This document shows, one piece after another, positions 36,871 through 50,965 of a DNA stretch of 64,000 nt. This DNA comes from Blepharisma stoltei ATCC 30299 (lineage: Eukaryota > Protista > Ciliophora). The notes beneath the pieces were generated by a model that was not told where the DNA came from, did not search any database, and was given only the letters and a program-made list of their open reading frames with translations. Numbering within the stretch: position 1 is the stretch's first letter; every line of letters begins with the position of its first letter. The position numbers and the translations under genes were made by a program. The stretch covers positions 248,001-312,000 of the forward strand of contig CBFDEM010000010.1 of assembly GCA_965603825.1 (NCBI GenBank). The letters are read 5' to 3'.

Positions 36871-39600
36871 CTAACGAACTATCTTCCTCGCAGCCTTTAT
36901 TGAGTCAAAATAATTTTTTGCATTTTCAGGCAACTCTTCAAGCTTCATCAACTTCGGGATCGGCGTCTTTTCTTCATTTTGTGATTTTTTTGGAGTTCCA
37001 GTTAACTTTCTCTTAGAAACCCTTTGAGATGCTTCACTTGCTTTCTCTGAAAAAGTGAAAAATCCTTCACTCTTTAAAAAAGGAGTGAATCCAAAAGAAG
37101 ATCTGCTTGTTTTTGGAGCAAAGCTGGATTGATGAGATGAAGATTTATTTTCTTCGGACTTCGCTCTTTCTTGCTTCCTTTTGATAAGCATTCTCTGTAT
37201 ATATTTTGATGCAACAATGTCTTTTAAGATTTTTTTATAAATAATTGTATCTTTATATTTCACAAGAAGAGATCCAAGCTGTAAATTTCCTGTAGCTATT
37301 TGCTCTACAAATAAAGCCGTAAGCACAAACTTTTTGGTTCGATATCATTTGTAAGCTTTTTGGATTTTTATTGCAGCTTTTCGCCACATCGTAACTTTCT
37401 GTCTCACAAGATACCCTTTTATGTGAGCTTGAAGCTTGACTAAAGGTGGGGTTTCCATTGTTTTAGCACCTGCTTGAGGAGATTTTTTAAAATTTCATAA
37501 TGAAAGCTGGCTGATGCTTTCTTTAGGGATCTGACGTCGAAGGCTTTTAACTACACTTGGGTCAAAATCCTTTATTGGATGAGGCTGAGGACTATAATTT
37601 TCAGGAAGAAATCCAAGTTTAATCATATAAGTCTTAAATCTTGGTGATCCTAGGGGGTGAACTGTAGTTTCTAAAATTTTTCTTTGGCCAAACTTCATAT
37701 CTCTCCCAAACATTTCTCTGCAGATTTTCCTTGAAATTGTGACATCCCTTTGGAAGCTTTCCTGCCTTTTTCTTAATTCCTTTCGCTTTTCTTCTGCTTC
37801 TAAAAGGTATTTATCATCTAGCTCAGAATGAGCCCTTTGGTGTGCAACTTTAGCAGAAAGATAAGAGTATCTCGATTTATTTAACTGTTTTACATCAATT
37901 TGAGAGTTTCCAATGATATGATCTGCAAACTTCACCTTTGCAGATTCATAATCTGATTTATTCTTTTTTCATTTCTGAATCATCTTTAGCCCTCCTATGG
38001 CATGCTCGAATTCCTGAACTTTATTCAAATAATCAGCTTGATTTTGCAAAGTGAGAAGATTTGAGCTCGTCATCCCAGTCCTTTCTTGCAGCATATTAAG
38101 CTTGATCATTTCTTCTTCTGATGAGTCCAGCTCTTCTCTGTCTTTGACTATTTTTTTAAGATTAGAAATGGAAGATCTTGCTTTCTTTTTTTTATCTTCA
38201 GTTTGAAAATTAGTGCCATTATTATAGTCTAGGTCATTAGCTCATGGAGAATGCTTGTCGTATTTTCATTCAATGTCTTCTCTTGTTTGAGTAGGCCTCA
38301 GATCCCTTTCCATTTCTTTAAAAAGTCTTGTTTTAGCTATTGAGTTAAAGCTATGAGACTTTCGAAGCATTGACTTAAACAGTTTTTCTTGCTCTTCTGT
38401 CCACTCGATTCCTTGAAAATTGCTTCTTGTTGTAAGGAAATCCCTGGAATAACCAGAAATATTCAAAATCTTATAAAGCTCTGAAGGGTTTTCTTTTATC
38501 ATATTAGCTATTCTTTCATTGAGAGCTTTGTGCTGAGAAGAGTCTTTTGGACTTATGTTTTCTGAAATTAGTGACTTAGTATCGAACATCAATTGCATTA
38601 ACTCACCTAAAGAATTGCTATTCTCAGAATTTTTTTGATAAGAACTTCTTGCTGAGTTCAATGTTGTTAGTGCTGTTTTTTGATTTTCTTGATTTTGGGA
38701 AGATCTTACTTTGGGTTTGAATGATTTTTCTAATTTTAAATCGCATAAACTATCTGAATTTGTCTTTCTCAATTTTTTTCTTTGCTTTTTTGAGTTTGCA
38801 TGCTTAATGGTTGATGAACCAGAAAATAGAAATCCTTCTGATGGGTTTGTGCTTCTTTCAGAGCTAAGAGGAATGTGAGAATTTGCCTTAGTTAAGTATT
38901 TTTTCAATATTTTTTTGCTTGGCCTCTTTGAGGAAAGAGCTTTCGAATGAACTTTAGGCGATTTTTCAAGGTCAGAGTCCGATTCGATCTGCTTAAAAAC
39001 TTCTTTCAAGTTTATAAACCTCCATTCATCTTTTATGCCCATTGTCAGAATCTTCTTTTGCTTTAATTCTCCATTTTCTTGCAGTGTTTTATCTTCGGTA
39101 TGACTTAGAATTTTTTCAGTTTTTGTTTTCTTACTAGAAATTTCTGATTTAGTTTTCTTTTTCGAGTAATGCAGAGGAGAAGTCGGCATTGAATTAAATT
39201 TAAAATTGATTAGCTTGCTTGCAGATGCTGAACATTTATGCTTTGATGTTTTTTTTTTAAGTCTTTCCATTACGATGCCTTGATGTTCTTTATTTAAAAA
39301 TTTGTGATCTGAAATACGTATTGGACTGATTTTAGGGTTTGGTCCTGGCATAAGAGAGAGATCAAGGCTATCAAGGATTTTTAAATAATGCTTTTGAGAC
39401 TCTTGACTAAGCATCTTTTCAGCAGCGTCATTTGTAGCTATTTCATTTTCAATTTTATAGAGATCATTGTTTTTTATGAGAGGAAGCTTCGCAAGTTTTT
39501 TCTCTTTATCATCATTTTGGCTTTGCATGAATTTTTCATACTCTTCTTCAGTAAGAATCAAAATTTCTGCATCCATTAAAACATAATTTCGATTTTGCAT
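36871..39600 (-). CDS. IQ-motif-containing protein
   Basis: Three ORFs in one frame joined through TGA codons. IQ motifs LQAHIKGYLVRQK and IQKAYKWYR. TAG stop. Confidence 0.75.
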
Positions 39601-40398
39601 TACAGCGGAGACATAATAAATATGAAGAATTAATGATTGAAGACTTTTTAATTTAAATCATTGAAGATTATAAATTCATATGCCGGAAATGGTGCAAATA
39701 ATCAATTCATTTACTTAAATAAAATTTGAAAACAAAACTTAAGCAATTTAAGTTATAAGAAGAATAATTTGGATTAGTGGAAAACTCTGGCATTGCCTTA
39801 GTTAATTTATATTTACCAGAAAATCAATCACATCATTGTAAGAAGATATAAAATCATTTGAGGATTAATGGCCAAGGATCAAAGTTTAAAAGATAATGAG
39901 TATCTCTGATTTAACTCCAGGATCAATTTCAAGCAATTTCTTATTAATGGGACTAATAATTGAAGACATAGTGAAAATTTAAAAATGGGGCAAAGAGCAA
40001 ATAAATGAGACTGAAAGCACTGGTGACCTTATTTATAAGGAGATACCGTTGTACTTCCATGTGGCATCATATTGGACTATGAAGAGTATAATTCTTTCAC
40101 TGTGCGAGATATTTTAAAATTTAAAGATTCTGGAGCTGTCACGGGATGGTGAAAGAGGGAGGATCTTCAAATGATGAGCAATCGCAAAGTGTTTGCTTTA
40201 AATAACTATTTATTGAATCAAATCTGAATTTGCTTTTGACTTCATTTTTTAATTTTAGAGACTATCTGATTGATATAAACAGAATATAAAAATTATCTTA
40301 AGTCCGAATAAGCCCAGGAAAAGATAATTCAAAATAGTAATTTTTGGAGAAGTATATTGCTTAATTAAATCTAGGGTTTAATATACAAATGGTAATAT

Positions 40399-43179
40399 AT
40401 GATTTATCTCAAGCGGCTTTTCAATAAGTCTAAGCCTAACCAAGTTGAATATGTAGAAGCTTCAAAGCCTGATATAAGAGTTCAAGAAAATTTTGATGTG
40501 AAATCATTATCAAAGGATAAGGTTAAAGAAATCTTGGAATCTCAATTATCCACTCAATACACAGAATCTGAGCAAAACCATAATATCATATCAGAAGAGA
40601 TAAGACAGGTAAATACAATTCGTGAAATTGATGACCGCATAAAGCAACTTGAATTTTTTTTAGAAATAGCAAACCATGGGCTTTATTTGCAAGTGATGAA
40701 TAATTATGACAAATTTGGTAATTTCTAAGTAGTAAATGGAATGGAAAACATCCAACTTATCTCAAACTTATTATCCACAAGCAAGCTTCTTTCTCAAAAA
40801 AGCAGATCAGATATATCATCTCTCCAAACATCTCTGCTGGCTAAAACCCTTAAGCTAGTTTATTTATCCAAAAAGAAAAGCAAGCTCCGGGGTCTTATAG
40901 AGGAATTAGATCATTTTGGTGAAATATGCTTCTCCACAAGCCTCAGCATTAAGCAAGCTATCAAAGAAGGAAATTTATATAAAGCTTTGGAGTTATGCAA
41001 CGAAGCAAGTGAAAAATTGAAAACAGTTGACGTTTCAAAATATGAAGGATTAAAAAGCATTCAAGCCACTTCTGATAAAAAGCGGGGCAAAGTCTACTTG
41101 AAAATGAAAGAAGGCTTACGCCAGCTTTGTCAAAGGTTTGAAATGAATTTATACGAAAATGTTTTGCTTGCTTATACAACAACTGCTACTTTTGCAGAAG
41201 TGAACCTTGCAATTCATACTGAATTCATGAACTCTATCACTAGAATTATTAAGCAAGCTTTAGAGCAAGCCTTAGCAAACGAAGCTTCTGCACTCTCAGT
41301 TGAATCCATGACGAATTTGCTTAACTCAACAAATTATTTGACAGCTCTTAGATTAATGCTAAGAGATCTCACAAATCTGATGTACAATCACCACTTAATC
41401 AGCAGATGGCATGAAGAGAATGAGTAATTCTTATTTAGTCAAGCATATAAAAATGAAGTCTATCCTGTCACACATTTATATATAAAAGATGAAAATAGAC
41501 TTAATTCAGTCATTGAGTTTTATTCAGCAGTCAAGCTTGACTTGTTGAGAAATAGGAAGCATATTTGAGAAAAAATGCAACAAAGGCTTGCGAAGTTTAT
41601 CAACGAAGGGAACCAAATTTTGAGTTTGAAGATTAATGAAATTGGCCAAGCATTGGGATGATTGAACACGTTTATACAAATAGGTGAAGATTTCTCTGGG
41701 ACACCTAGCTCTGAGCTGAAAAAAGCTATTGAGAAAAAATGTGTAGACTATTTTAATTTTTTTCATCAGAAAACTTGGAACAATTTATCGTAAAAAATAT
41801 ATAGAAACTTGCTTGAGGCTGAACAATGATCAAGACTGCCAATCCCTAAAGATTTTGATATTTCTCAAGAAATTTATAAATGGATAAATGACTCTACAAC
41901 AATTCTAAAAGCTTTATGTGACCATTTCGACGAATACAATTTTACATTTTCTTCAATTGCGAGAGGCAATCCTTTTGATATAAGAGAAGATTTAAACAAC
42001 GAAGATGAAGCAGACAAAGATTATTTATTTTCAAAATCTGAAGAAAGCCAGCTTTCATCTCCAGGCCTTCAGCTCTCAGAGAATGCGCCTGTCCTATGCA
42101 TTGCAGCTTTAAATTTTATCAAGGCAATTGGCAGCTATTTACAATTGATGGCCATTTTGACTCCGATCTCGTTTGAAGTCTTCTTAGCTTTGAGCCAAAT
42201 GGTTGAATATTTTTCATTTTCGATATATGAAATGTTTTCTAATGAAGGCTCAAAAGGATTACTGCAAGCTGAAGTCTCATGAAGGGGCTTACAAGGAGAA
42301 GACTTGGAATCAAGCTATGATACATTTTTATTCCAAAAAAAGTATAAAAATCTATCTACTTCAATGGTGAGAATTAAAGATTTTTTGGACTCAATGAATT
42401 CTGAAGGAAAATATAATATGTCGCCCCTAAAAAAGCAAATCACTCAAACCTCAGCTGGGCTTTACAATATAGCGGAAACTATAATAGCAATTGAAAGCTT
42501 AAAAAATATCCTTCATGCTACCCATATTGGAGAAAACTACATGAAAAAGGTGATTCCTGAAAGCCAAATGAACTACGTTTTCATCTTTTTTGATAACACC
42601 CACAAAATTATTGAGGAATTAGAAAACTTTTTAGCGGAAACTCAGATTCCAAGACTCATTAAGCCTGATTGGCTTAATGGAATTGTTACAGGGCTCAAAT
42701 GAGATGAAAATAAAAATGAAAGCAATGCTTTTATTGACAGATTATTGCACATTGTAGAAGACACGAAGGGAAGATTAGTTGCCATTGGTGGAGGGAGCAT
42801 CCCTGTATATTTGCAAAATAAGATACTCACCAAGGCAGTAAAATATTTATATGACTATTTGATTGATGTGTTCTCTAAGGTAAAAAAGTGCAATAGTGCA
42901 GGGAGAGAACAAATGCAGATTGACTTGTTAGCCTTTCAAGAAGGATTGAAAGAATTCTTTCCTGAAGCACCAAATCTTGATGCCCAGCTAGAGTATATCA
43001 CGATATGAAGCCAGTCACCTGATAATGTGGTGAAGTGGATACTAAGCCATACAGAACTGTCATTAAGATTACATAAATTGCTTTTTAGCACTAGTCCACA
43101 GGTCATGTCTCTAAATAAACAGACAAGAGCGCAGCTCCTACTTAGTATTGAAACTCATTACAAAGAGACAATAGAATAA
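40399..43179 (+). CDS. VPS50: Syndetin/VPS50-like (EARP complex subunit)
   Basis: Three 15-nt introns plus TGA-Trp codons. HI-W-EKMQ, FIQIGEDFSG, YF..FH, LEAEQ-W, IAIESL, FSKVKKCNSAGREQMQID motifs. TAA at 43177-43179. Confidence 0.85.
40718..40732 (+). other. 15-nt intron
   Basis: GTAATTTCTAAGTAG. Confidence 0.88.
41424..41438 (+). other. 15-nt intron
   Basis: GTAATTCTTATTTAG. Confidence 0.9.
41790..41804 (+). other. 15-nt intron
   Basis: GTAAAAAATATATAG. Confidence 0.9.
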
Positions 43180-43315
43180 TAAAGTTAAAAATCCTTAATA
43201 AATTTAGGTGATAAGTGAATATAGCATTAAAAATCTCTAATTTAAAAGAGCACTTGATTGGGATTTCATATCAAAAAAATAAATTATTATTTATACTTAA
43301 AACTTATTTCATCAA

Positions 43316-46300
43316 TTAGCGGTTTTGAATGAACATGGTTCCTTCAAGCATCCCTCTTTTAGTGGAATCATCAATTGCAAACTTCGTTTTATTAATACTT
43401 ACAAAATCAGTTTTGTTTGATTCCTTCGCTTCTTCTTCTTTCATTTTATAAGATGCACTGACAAAGTTCAAGTGCCTCCTTTCAATGCTATCAGCCTTAA
43501 CTGTTGAAGTCAGCATAAATTTAAACAGCATTGCGATGTTTTGGGGTTGTGGCCTGTAAAGCAGAGCAGGAAATCTTTTGGTTTGAAGAATTAGTCCAAC
43601 AAGAATCAAAGCACACCATCCTGAGACTTTTATAATCATAAGTAAGAGATACCCTCCATCCATTCCATGAGAAACGCTTGTCAAAAGAACCGATCAAGCC
43701 ACACAGGCCAATAAATCGATTTGCCACATATTAATTCTATCATAGTTATATGGAGGTCTCTTGATATTATACACAATATAGGCAATAATCAAGCCTAAAT
43801 ACACAAATCCTTGGGCAATAGGATCATATAGCGAGATCATTTTATTTAAAGTAATAAATAAGACTTGAGTAACACTTTTAGTCATGATATATTCAGGCTG
43901 GCATCTTATATTTTGGTTATCGTCGTCTTGAATATTAGTTCAATGAGGTCTATTGAAAACTGCAATCGGAAAATATAAAATTAAAGCAAAAATACAGCCT
44001 ATTGCATAGCCCAAATGCGTACCTTCCCAGCAATATTGGTAGCAGTCTGTATCCATGTAACTTTCATCAAGATCATTTCCTATGCTTTTTGAGCATTTAA
44101 AAACAGTTAATAAAATTGTCATTATTGGCACAAAAAGCATATTCCCCAAAAGAGGCATTAAATAGTCTTTGAAGCTATAAATCCATCGAAAACAGAAAAT
44201 TGATTTAATTAGCCGATCATTATGAGACATGATTAGGGCAACAGTTACCAGCCAAAAGCATACAGTTCCTAGCACAATATTCAGCCCTATCCAATAGACT
44301 TCGCCTTTAAACTCAACAAATTTGTCTATATCAGCATTGAAAAGTCCACTTAAATAATCAGTTACTGGGTCCTCTTTAAATACTGGTCCAATATTGATAT
44401 ATTGAAAAATTTCTATCAGCATGGTAGCCATGACCACTGAGTCGGCGAATTGGATTTCTTTTCTTAGTGTTAATTTTGGATAAGCCTTAGTAAAATTTCC
44501 TTTCCATATGACTACTGTAATTACCAATGCAATGACAGCAACACCTGAACAGATCGTTGTGAATGCAGCAATGCCTTTTGTTGAATCTTCTGAAAGAGAC
44601 TCATCAAATGGGCAATCTGATTCTATCACAACAGTATCTGTGGGTACTGTGTATGAAGGCCCAGGCCATATGATATTTGAACTCATTTGAATTGGGGTGC
44701 TTGAAGTTGGAATATAATACCCTGATATACTTTCATTATAAATCCCAGTTGTATTTGCTGCGTAAAAGTTATTGATGCTCAAGATCATAAAACTCCGATC
44801 GTTTGAAGACGAATCAATTGCAATTGTCCCAGAAGCTCCCGTAATTCTTTGAGCTCTTGTATTTTTAGTCAAAACTGTGGCGTTCTCATAGTCTTCACCT
44901 TTAAAAATAGTAAAATCTATTCCATAGGCCGCTAGCAAAGTTTGGTCAAAATGTGAGCCTTTAAAACTTGGAGAATTCCCCCAGTAGCTTTTCATATTGT
45001 TCATTATGGTCAAGCCAAATTCTCCAATATATTCAACAGCTGAAACACTAATAGAGCCCGATAAAAGTTCTGTGACTTTTGGTACATATTGTTGCGGATA
45101 ATTAGTTACCACAGATTGTCCACCTGTTTTTGAAGCAAGAACAATAACAAGATCGCCTTTTCTCAAACCCACATCATATAGTCCTTCAATAGATTGATAA
45201 TTTGCATTTGCAGTTTGGAATGAAATAAAAATCCTGACTTTTGTGGCCTTTATGGCATCAAATACATATTTATAAGTGTCAAAATTAGTTCTCGCGTAGT
45301 TTTGAGGAAGCATCCTTTTATTTTCATCGTTTGCAATATTTATTCCAATTTTGTCTGCCTCAGTGACAAATGTTTCGTACATAGCGATATTAGAGCTTAG
45401 ATTGGCATAAACAACGACCACATTTTTTCATCCAAATATTTGGCAAAGCTTTGCCAAAATTACAGCGTTGTAATTTCCATTTGGAATCACTCTCATAAAT
45501 TCAGGGTAGAGAGTTTTGTTTGATAGCAAAGGACTTGAAACAGTTGGGCCAACTGTCATCATCGTGAGATTTCACTCTCTAAATAGAAGGATATTGCCAA
45601 CAGTAGTTGCATAGTAATCTGAGGATAGATTTACTAGGCCTAGTTTTGATTTTAAAGGGGCATAGCAAGCTCCTGTTTTGTCGTGATAAAAAGACATAGT
45701 TCCGCAGCTATTTGGAGTAAATTGAATTTGGAAATTTTCAAGTATAATTGAATTGTTATTTATTCAATCTCTTGCATAGAAATTCCCTTGTGCTTGGACT
45801 GGCTGATATGCATTAAAGCTTCCATCGAGCTCTTGGCCTGAAGTGGTTAAAGACATCCACAGTATTGCTTTTGAGGTTACCGGCTTGTCTGTTGTGTTAC
45901 CTGGAAAAGTAATGTTATCTGAAATTAAGAGTTCACCACCCACCAGAGCGCCAGTGATTTTTTTGGCTGAATTAACGATATTTACTAAATAATAGCTCGG
46001 CTTTTTCCCCGAATCTAATGTGTTTACTTTCATAAATTGCTTAATGGAGTCGCTATCATAGCTGACTCCACCAATGCTAGAAAGAGAATTAATATGCCCT
46101 AATATTGAATCAGTAAAACTTTTGATCGCAAGAGCTTCATATTGCTCATATGATGTAGCACCTTCTAATCCTTGCTCAACTATATATAAAAGTCCATCTT
46201 TTAAACTCCCTCATATACCTTTACTTCATATCAGCAATCCCGCCCCTTGCTTATATATCTTTTTATTCTCAAGAGAAGTAGCAAACATATCTATGAAATT

Positions 46301-46894
46301 CCCTTCACAAAACACAACAAATGTTTGCAGGCCATTAGGCTTTAGAAGCCTCCCAGCAATTGAGTCCATGTTGTCTTCCGTAATGCTGTTTGTTATTACA
46401 ATATTTGATTTAACTTTCCTTGAAAAATCTTTGTCAAACTCACTTGTAATCCTTACAGATTCGATTGATTGAGTACTAATAAGAGCGATTTTATTCCACC
46501 CTAAATAATTTGTTATAATTTCAGTTGCATTCAATTGGTTTTGCCAAGGTACGTGTAAGTAATACTGCAATGAGCCGGTAGGAGACATATTAGGATCCAA
46601 AAAAAGGTTCAAAATTCCTCTTGTCTCTGTGGCAACTAGCAAATATTGGCTCAAATTTATGTCAAAAGTGGCGTCAATTGCTACTGGAATCTCCCCTTTA
46701 AAATATGAATCAAAATCTGTGGTCTTGTTTGCTATGATGAAAATTATTTCGAATGCATAAGGATTTCCAATGATCTGGATTAAGTTGGCTTGGAAATAAG
46801 TAATTAATGTGTTTGGTGTATTATTTCCGAAAAAGACAAGCAAATTGATTGATGCGCACACAAGCGTTGTAAGAAATAAAAATCGGATTACCAT
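43316..46894 (-). CDS. Receptor-like protein: signal peptide, two periplasmic-binding (ANF-receptor/Venus-flytrap) domains, multi-TM C-terminus
   Basis: Five ORFs in one frame joined by TGA. LGWNKIALIS; LSNKTLYPEFMRVIP..FG-W-KNVVVVY; GASGTIAID..DR. Confidence 0.8.
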
Positions 46895-47635
46895 CAAATT
46901 TATTATATAAATGAACAGAATTTTACCTTGCACAATAAGATTCTTTTTAAGTTTCGAAATAAATATAGTTTTATAATCCTGCTGGCCTGAGCTGGATTAT
47001 TTTTAATATTTTAACCAATATTGAGGGATTTTTAAGCTTAATTCAAATTACTTAAACATAAAATGGTCGAAATAATACTCAGAAGAAGTTGAGCTTTTTT
47101 TTTATGGCTGTTAAAATTCAAGAAAAAAAAACATCCAGAAAATCTCATTGCAGGCTACTTCCTTTGTGAGTCATATTAATTATACTTTTCTTACGAGGTT
47201 TTATTGCTTTAATATGAATTCTACTAAAATTAATTGCATTCGTCTTGAGACTAACCTAGATATGATACTATTTCGACATCTCAGAATCTGAATAATCTAT
47301 GAAAAAATATCAGAATTATTTTCCCCTTCCAAGTTATATATATTTGCTTTGGTTTTGCTATAGAATCCATGACTTCAAGTATCAATCAGTTATTAATCCA
47401 TATTATTAACATTAAGACTGAATTAATGCTATTTCAAACTATTTCGGTCATATAGTTCTCAATCTATTTTTTTGATTGCTTAGAAAATAAATAGAGAAAT
47501 GATAATCTGTCCTTATAATCTGCTGGATTTAGAATTTTTCAACTAACTTTATTATTCAATCATTTATTAAAGATTTTATTAACAAAATGCAATAATAATA
47601 GAATATAAATTCTCGCTTCTAAGCATTATTTATAA

Positions 47636-49042
47636 ATGTCCACTACCATCCAAAGCAGCCAGGAGCCTTTGCTTGAAGAAAATCAGTTCAAATTCAGAGA
47701 TCTGTTTTCAGAATTCTCAAGAAATGCTATTCATGTTGCAGTTGGTTTAATTATTCAAGTCCAAATTAGATCAATGAATCTAATATTTTTATCTGATAAA
47801 GATATTAAAATTTCTGCTGGAGTTGGGCTAGGGAATATGTGAGCAAACATGACTGCAAATGCATTTTCTCTTGGACTTGCTGGAGGACTAGATACTTTAT
47901 GTTCAAAAGCTTACGGAAAACAAAAATATCTAAAGGTTGGAAATTGATTAAACAGAGGAATAGTTGTTATGATGATTTTCTATCTATTTGGGATAAGCAC
48001 ATGATTTTATGTGAAGCACATTATGGTGCTAATAAATATAAATGAAGAAGTAGCTGAATACTGTGAGGATTTTTTGTATGGCTCTGCGATTGGATTTTTC
48101 TTCTCTTACTTATATGAAGCATACAAGCGATATTTTCAAGCACAAGGGGTTTTTTGGCCTTGAATGACAATTGGGTGCATTACGGGAGTTGTTCATTCTT
48201 TATGGGCTTATATTTTTATAGTAGTATTTGATTTTAAAGCTTTTGGTGCTGGCTGTGCTACATCAATAACGTATTGCTTAAACTTTTTGCTGCTTTTGCT
48301 TTATAATCATATTTACAAATTTGATAAAAAATCTAAATCACCTTGGACAACCAGGAAGTTTTGGAAGCAGGAAAAAATGTTCCTGAAAATAGCATTTTCT
48401 TCAGCGCTTTTATATTTCTTCGTATTTTTCAACTATGAAATTGGGCATATAGAAGCAGGGCAGCTCAGTGTCCCAATCCAAACAGCTCATGTATGCATGG
48501 TAAGTTTAAGCTCTGTCATATTTATGATACCAGTAGCAAGTGGACAAACTGTTGCTGTGTCTGTTGGTAAAGCATTGGGAGCGGGCAACAGAAAAAAAGC
48601 TCATAATTATGTAAATGCTTCGTTTTTATTCCTACTCCTAACAGTATTTCCTTTATCTGCTTTAACAGTCATTTTAAGAAACATATGGCCGGCTTATTTT
48701 TCCACTGTAAAAATCATATAGGATCTTGAAGTGCAAGAAATTGCGGCTAATACTTGCTGGATGCTGGGGATACTTCTAATGGCAACTGCATGCGAAACAA
48801 ATCTTCAAGGAGTTCTTAGAGGAATTGGATTACAAAATAAAGCTGCAATAGTATTTTTGCTGATATACTATGTAGTGGGAATGCCATCAGGAGTTTTGTT
48901 TACATTTATTTTTGAATGGAATCTGAGTGGAATTTGGGGAGGGTAATAGTCATATAGTTTTATTGTTGCTGAGTCTTTGGCATCAATAGGTATGCTAGCT
49001 TTGCTGAAAAAAGTAGATTGGCTAAGCGTAAAACACAAATAA
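47636..49042 (+). CDS. MATE-family efflux transporter
   Basis: GLAGGLDTLCSKAYG, KRYFQAQG, VGKALGAG, QGVLRGIGLQ, YYVVGMP motifs. TGA-Trp codons and two 15-nt introns. Confidence 0.92.
48707..48721 (+). other. 15-nt intron
   Basis: GTAAAAATCATATAG. Confidence 0.9.
48943..48957 (+). other. 15-nt intron
   Basis: GTAATAGTCATATAG. Confidence 0.9.
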
Positions 49043-49368
49043 GAATCTTAGTGTTAATAGCTATAAATAATTGAACAATAATGGAGTAACTCAAATCATT
49101 ATTAAATTAGTTGTATTAGAAGATGGAATTAAGATACAATTTAAAATTAAAAAGGCCATCTATTTCACTCAACCATAATTAATCTAATATTAAATTTTTG
49201 TTTGATTCTGTTGAGTAGGATGCTTATTTTTCTATCTAATCTATTTCTGCTGACGATTGTTTTATTATCTATATGAGAAGATTGATAAAAATTTTTCAAT
49301 TATTTTCTTTAATTATCAAAAATTTTAATAAAAACTTACCAATTATTGCTTTTAATTAATTTTCTTTT

Positions 49369-50745
49369 TTAGTATTTTTTGTAAGGTGCTTTTGTGTTAA
49401 ATTCTGGCTGCAAAAATTGCTCAATATAATCTTCATAAAACGTATTCAATCTAAATGTTCTCCTGTTTATTTCTCTTATATCTTGAGCTCTCGCAAGAGT
49501 TTTGATATAATCCATCAAGTTAAAGAGCTCTTTATCGTGTGGATCATCATGTCATGATATAATAGGAACTCCATTATCCAGCTGGTACCCAAAGCTATAT
49601 GCAGCATTATCGACGATCACTATGTCTTGGATTCTTCTATTTGCCAAGATCCTCAAGTCTTTAATAAAAACTCCTTGGACATTTATGCAATTTTCTCGGA
49701 ATAATCTATGATGCACAAATTCCCCAGTTGGATCAAGAAAATCAATAACGACATCCGCATAACATTTTTGGCTTGCAGTGAAAATAATGACTTCAAAATC
49801 TACACTTGCTTCTTTTAATACTTCTCTTGCATATGGTCTAATATTTATTCCAGCCTAAATGACAGTTACATTTATAACTTCGCCTGTAGGAAAAGTAATT
49901 GGAAGGATTACATCAGGCTTTGAGTTTTCTTGTCCTTCACAACAATGGACAAGGGTTTCATCTAAATCAAAAACAATAGTCTTTTTGTTCAAATACCCTG
50001 GCTTTTTTGGCAAATTCACTCTTTTAGCCTGAATTTGATGGGGATCTATAGCTGGTAGCATCTTGACGAATTTCAAAGCTTGGAAGGTTTGGAAAAGATG
50101 CTCACGGTACACAGCTTCGCTTCTTTCTTTTAAATCCTCTGTGCTTTTGGTGATTTTTGACATTTCTGGCGATTTTACTTGTGTGATTAATTGGGAAAAT
50201 TCTGTCTCTTTGCGCTGCTCAGCCGCTCTAGGGCTGCCAAGCTGTTTTTCTTTGGAAATGCTGGGTTGATATATTTTAGAGGCAGATACAGATTGACTTA
50301 TTTTGTTTCGATTTGATCGGTTGGTAGGTGTTCTTGACGCTTTTGGTGTCAAATTCTTTGTTGAGGCAGAATTAACTCTAGATAATGATTGCTTGGGCTG
50401 AATTTCTGATCTTGAACCAGAAATTATATTTTTATTTTGCAAAGATTGGAGAGACGCACTTGATGACAGCGTTCTCCCTGTAGAATTTGCACTATAGTTA
50501 GATTTTGGAGTTTGAGAGCCAGGGGAGCTGGGAAATTTTATTGGTTTTTTTGTTCTCGCACTACTTGATACTTTTGTTGAATCAGAAATCGGATAAATTT
50601 CAAAATTTTTTGCTTCATAAGGCAATTTAGAAGTTGAGCTGAATTGAGGACTGGCTGCTTGCGATGTATATTGGGTTTTAACGATTCTTGGACTACGCGA
50701 AATGAGATGTGGGGTTGATAATGAATTTATGTTGAATTGGTCCAT
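49369..50745 (-). CDS. NIF/SCP-type CTD small phosphatase (HAD family)
   Basis: FDLDETLVH, IRPY, FTAS..YA, IKDLRIL, IVDNAAYSF, NGVPIIS-W (TGA at 49552). Intron at 49855-49869. Confidence 0.92.
49855..49869 (-). other. 15-nt intron
   Basis: GTAACTGTCATTTAG. Confidence 0.9.
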
Positions 50746-50965
50746 GATCAAAAAAAATGATAGATTATTGGTAAAGTTGAAAATTCAAAGTTTTTGATTT
50801 TTGAAATTAATTAATTGTGGAAAAATATTTCATTATATATGCTGTTTTATATTTCCATATTTGCATTTTTATTTTCATTTTCCGATTTCTGAGAAAAGTC
50901 TATCAATATTTTAGAAATTTGATTTTTCTGTCAATTATTGTGATGGAATCAGTTAAAGTTTTAAA

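Noticed and set aside
40171-40227. Possible C/D box snoRNA (ATGATGA...CTGA)
   Set aside because: Short, with poor terminal stem geometry and no identifiable guide; such motifs arise by chance in AT-rich DNA
6122-49042. Many fragmented ORFs that look like pseudogenes
   Set aside because: Fragments are in frame and joined by TGA-Trp codons or 15-nt introns, giving intact proteins
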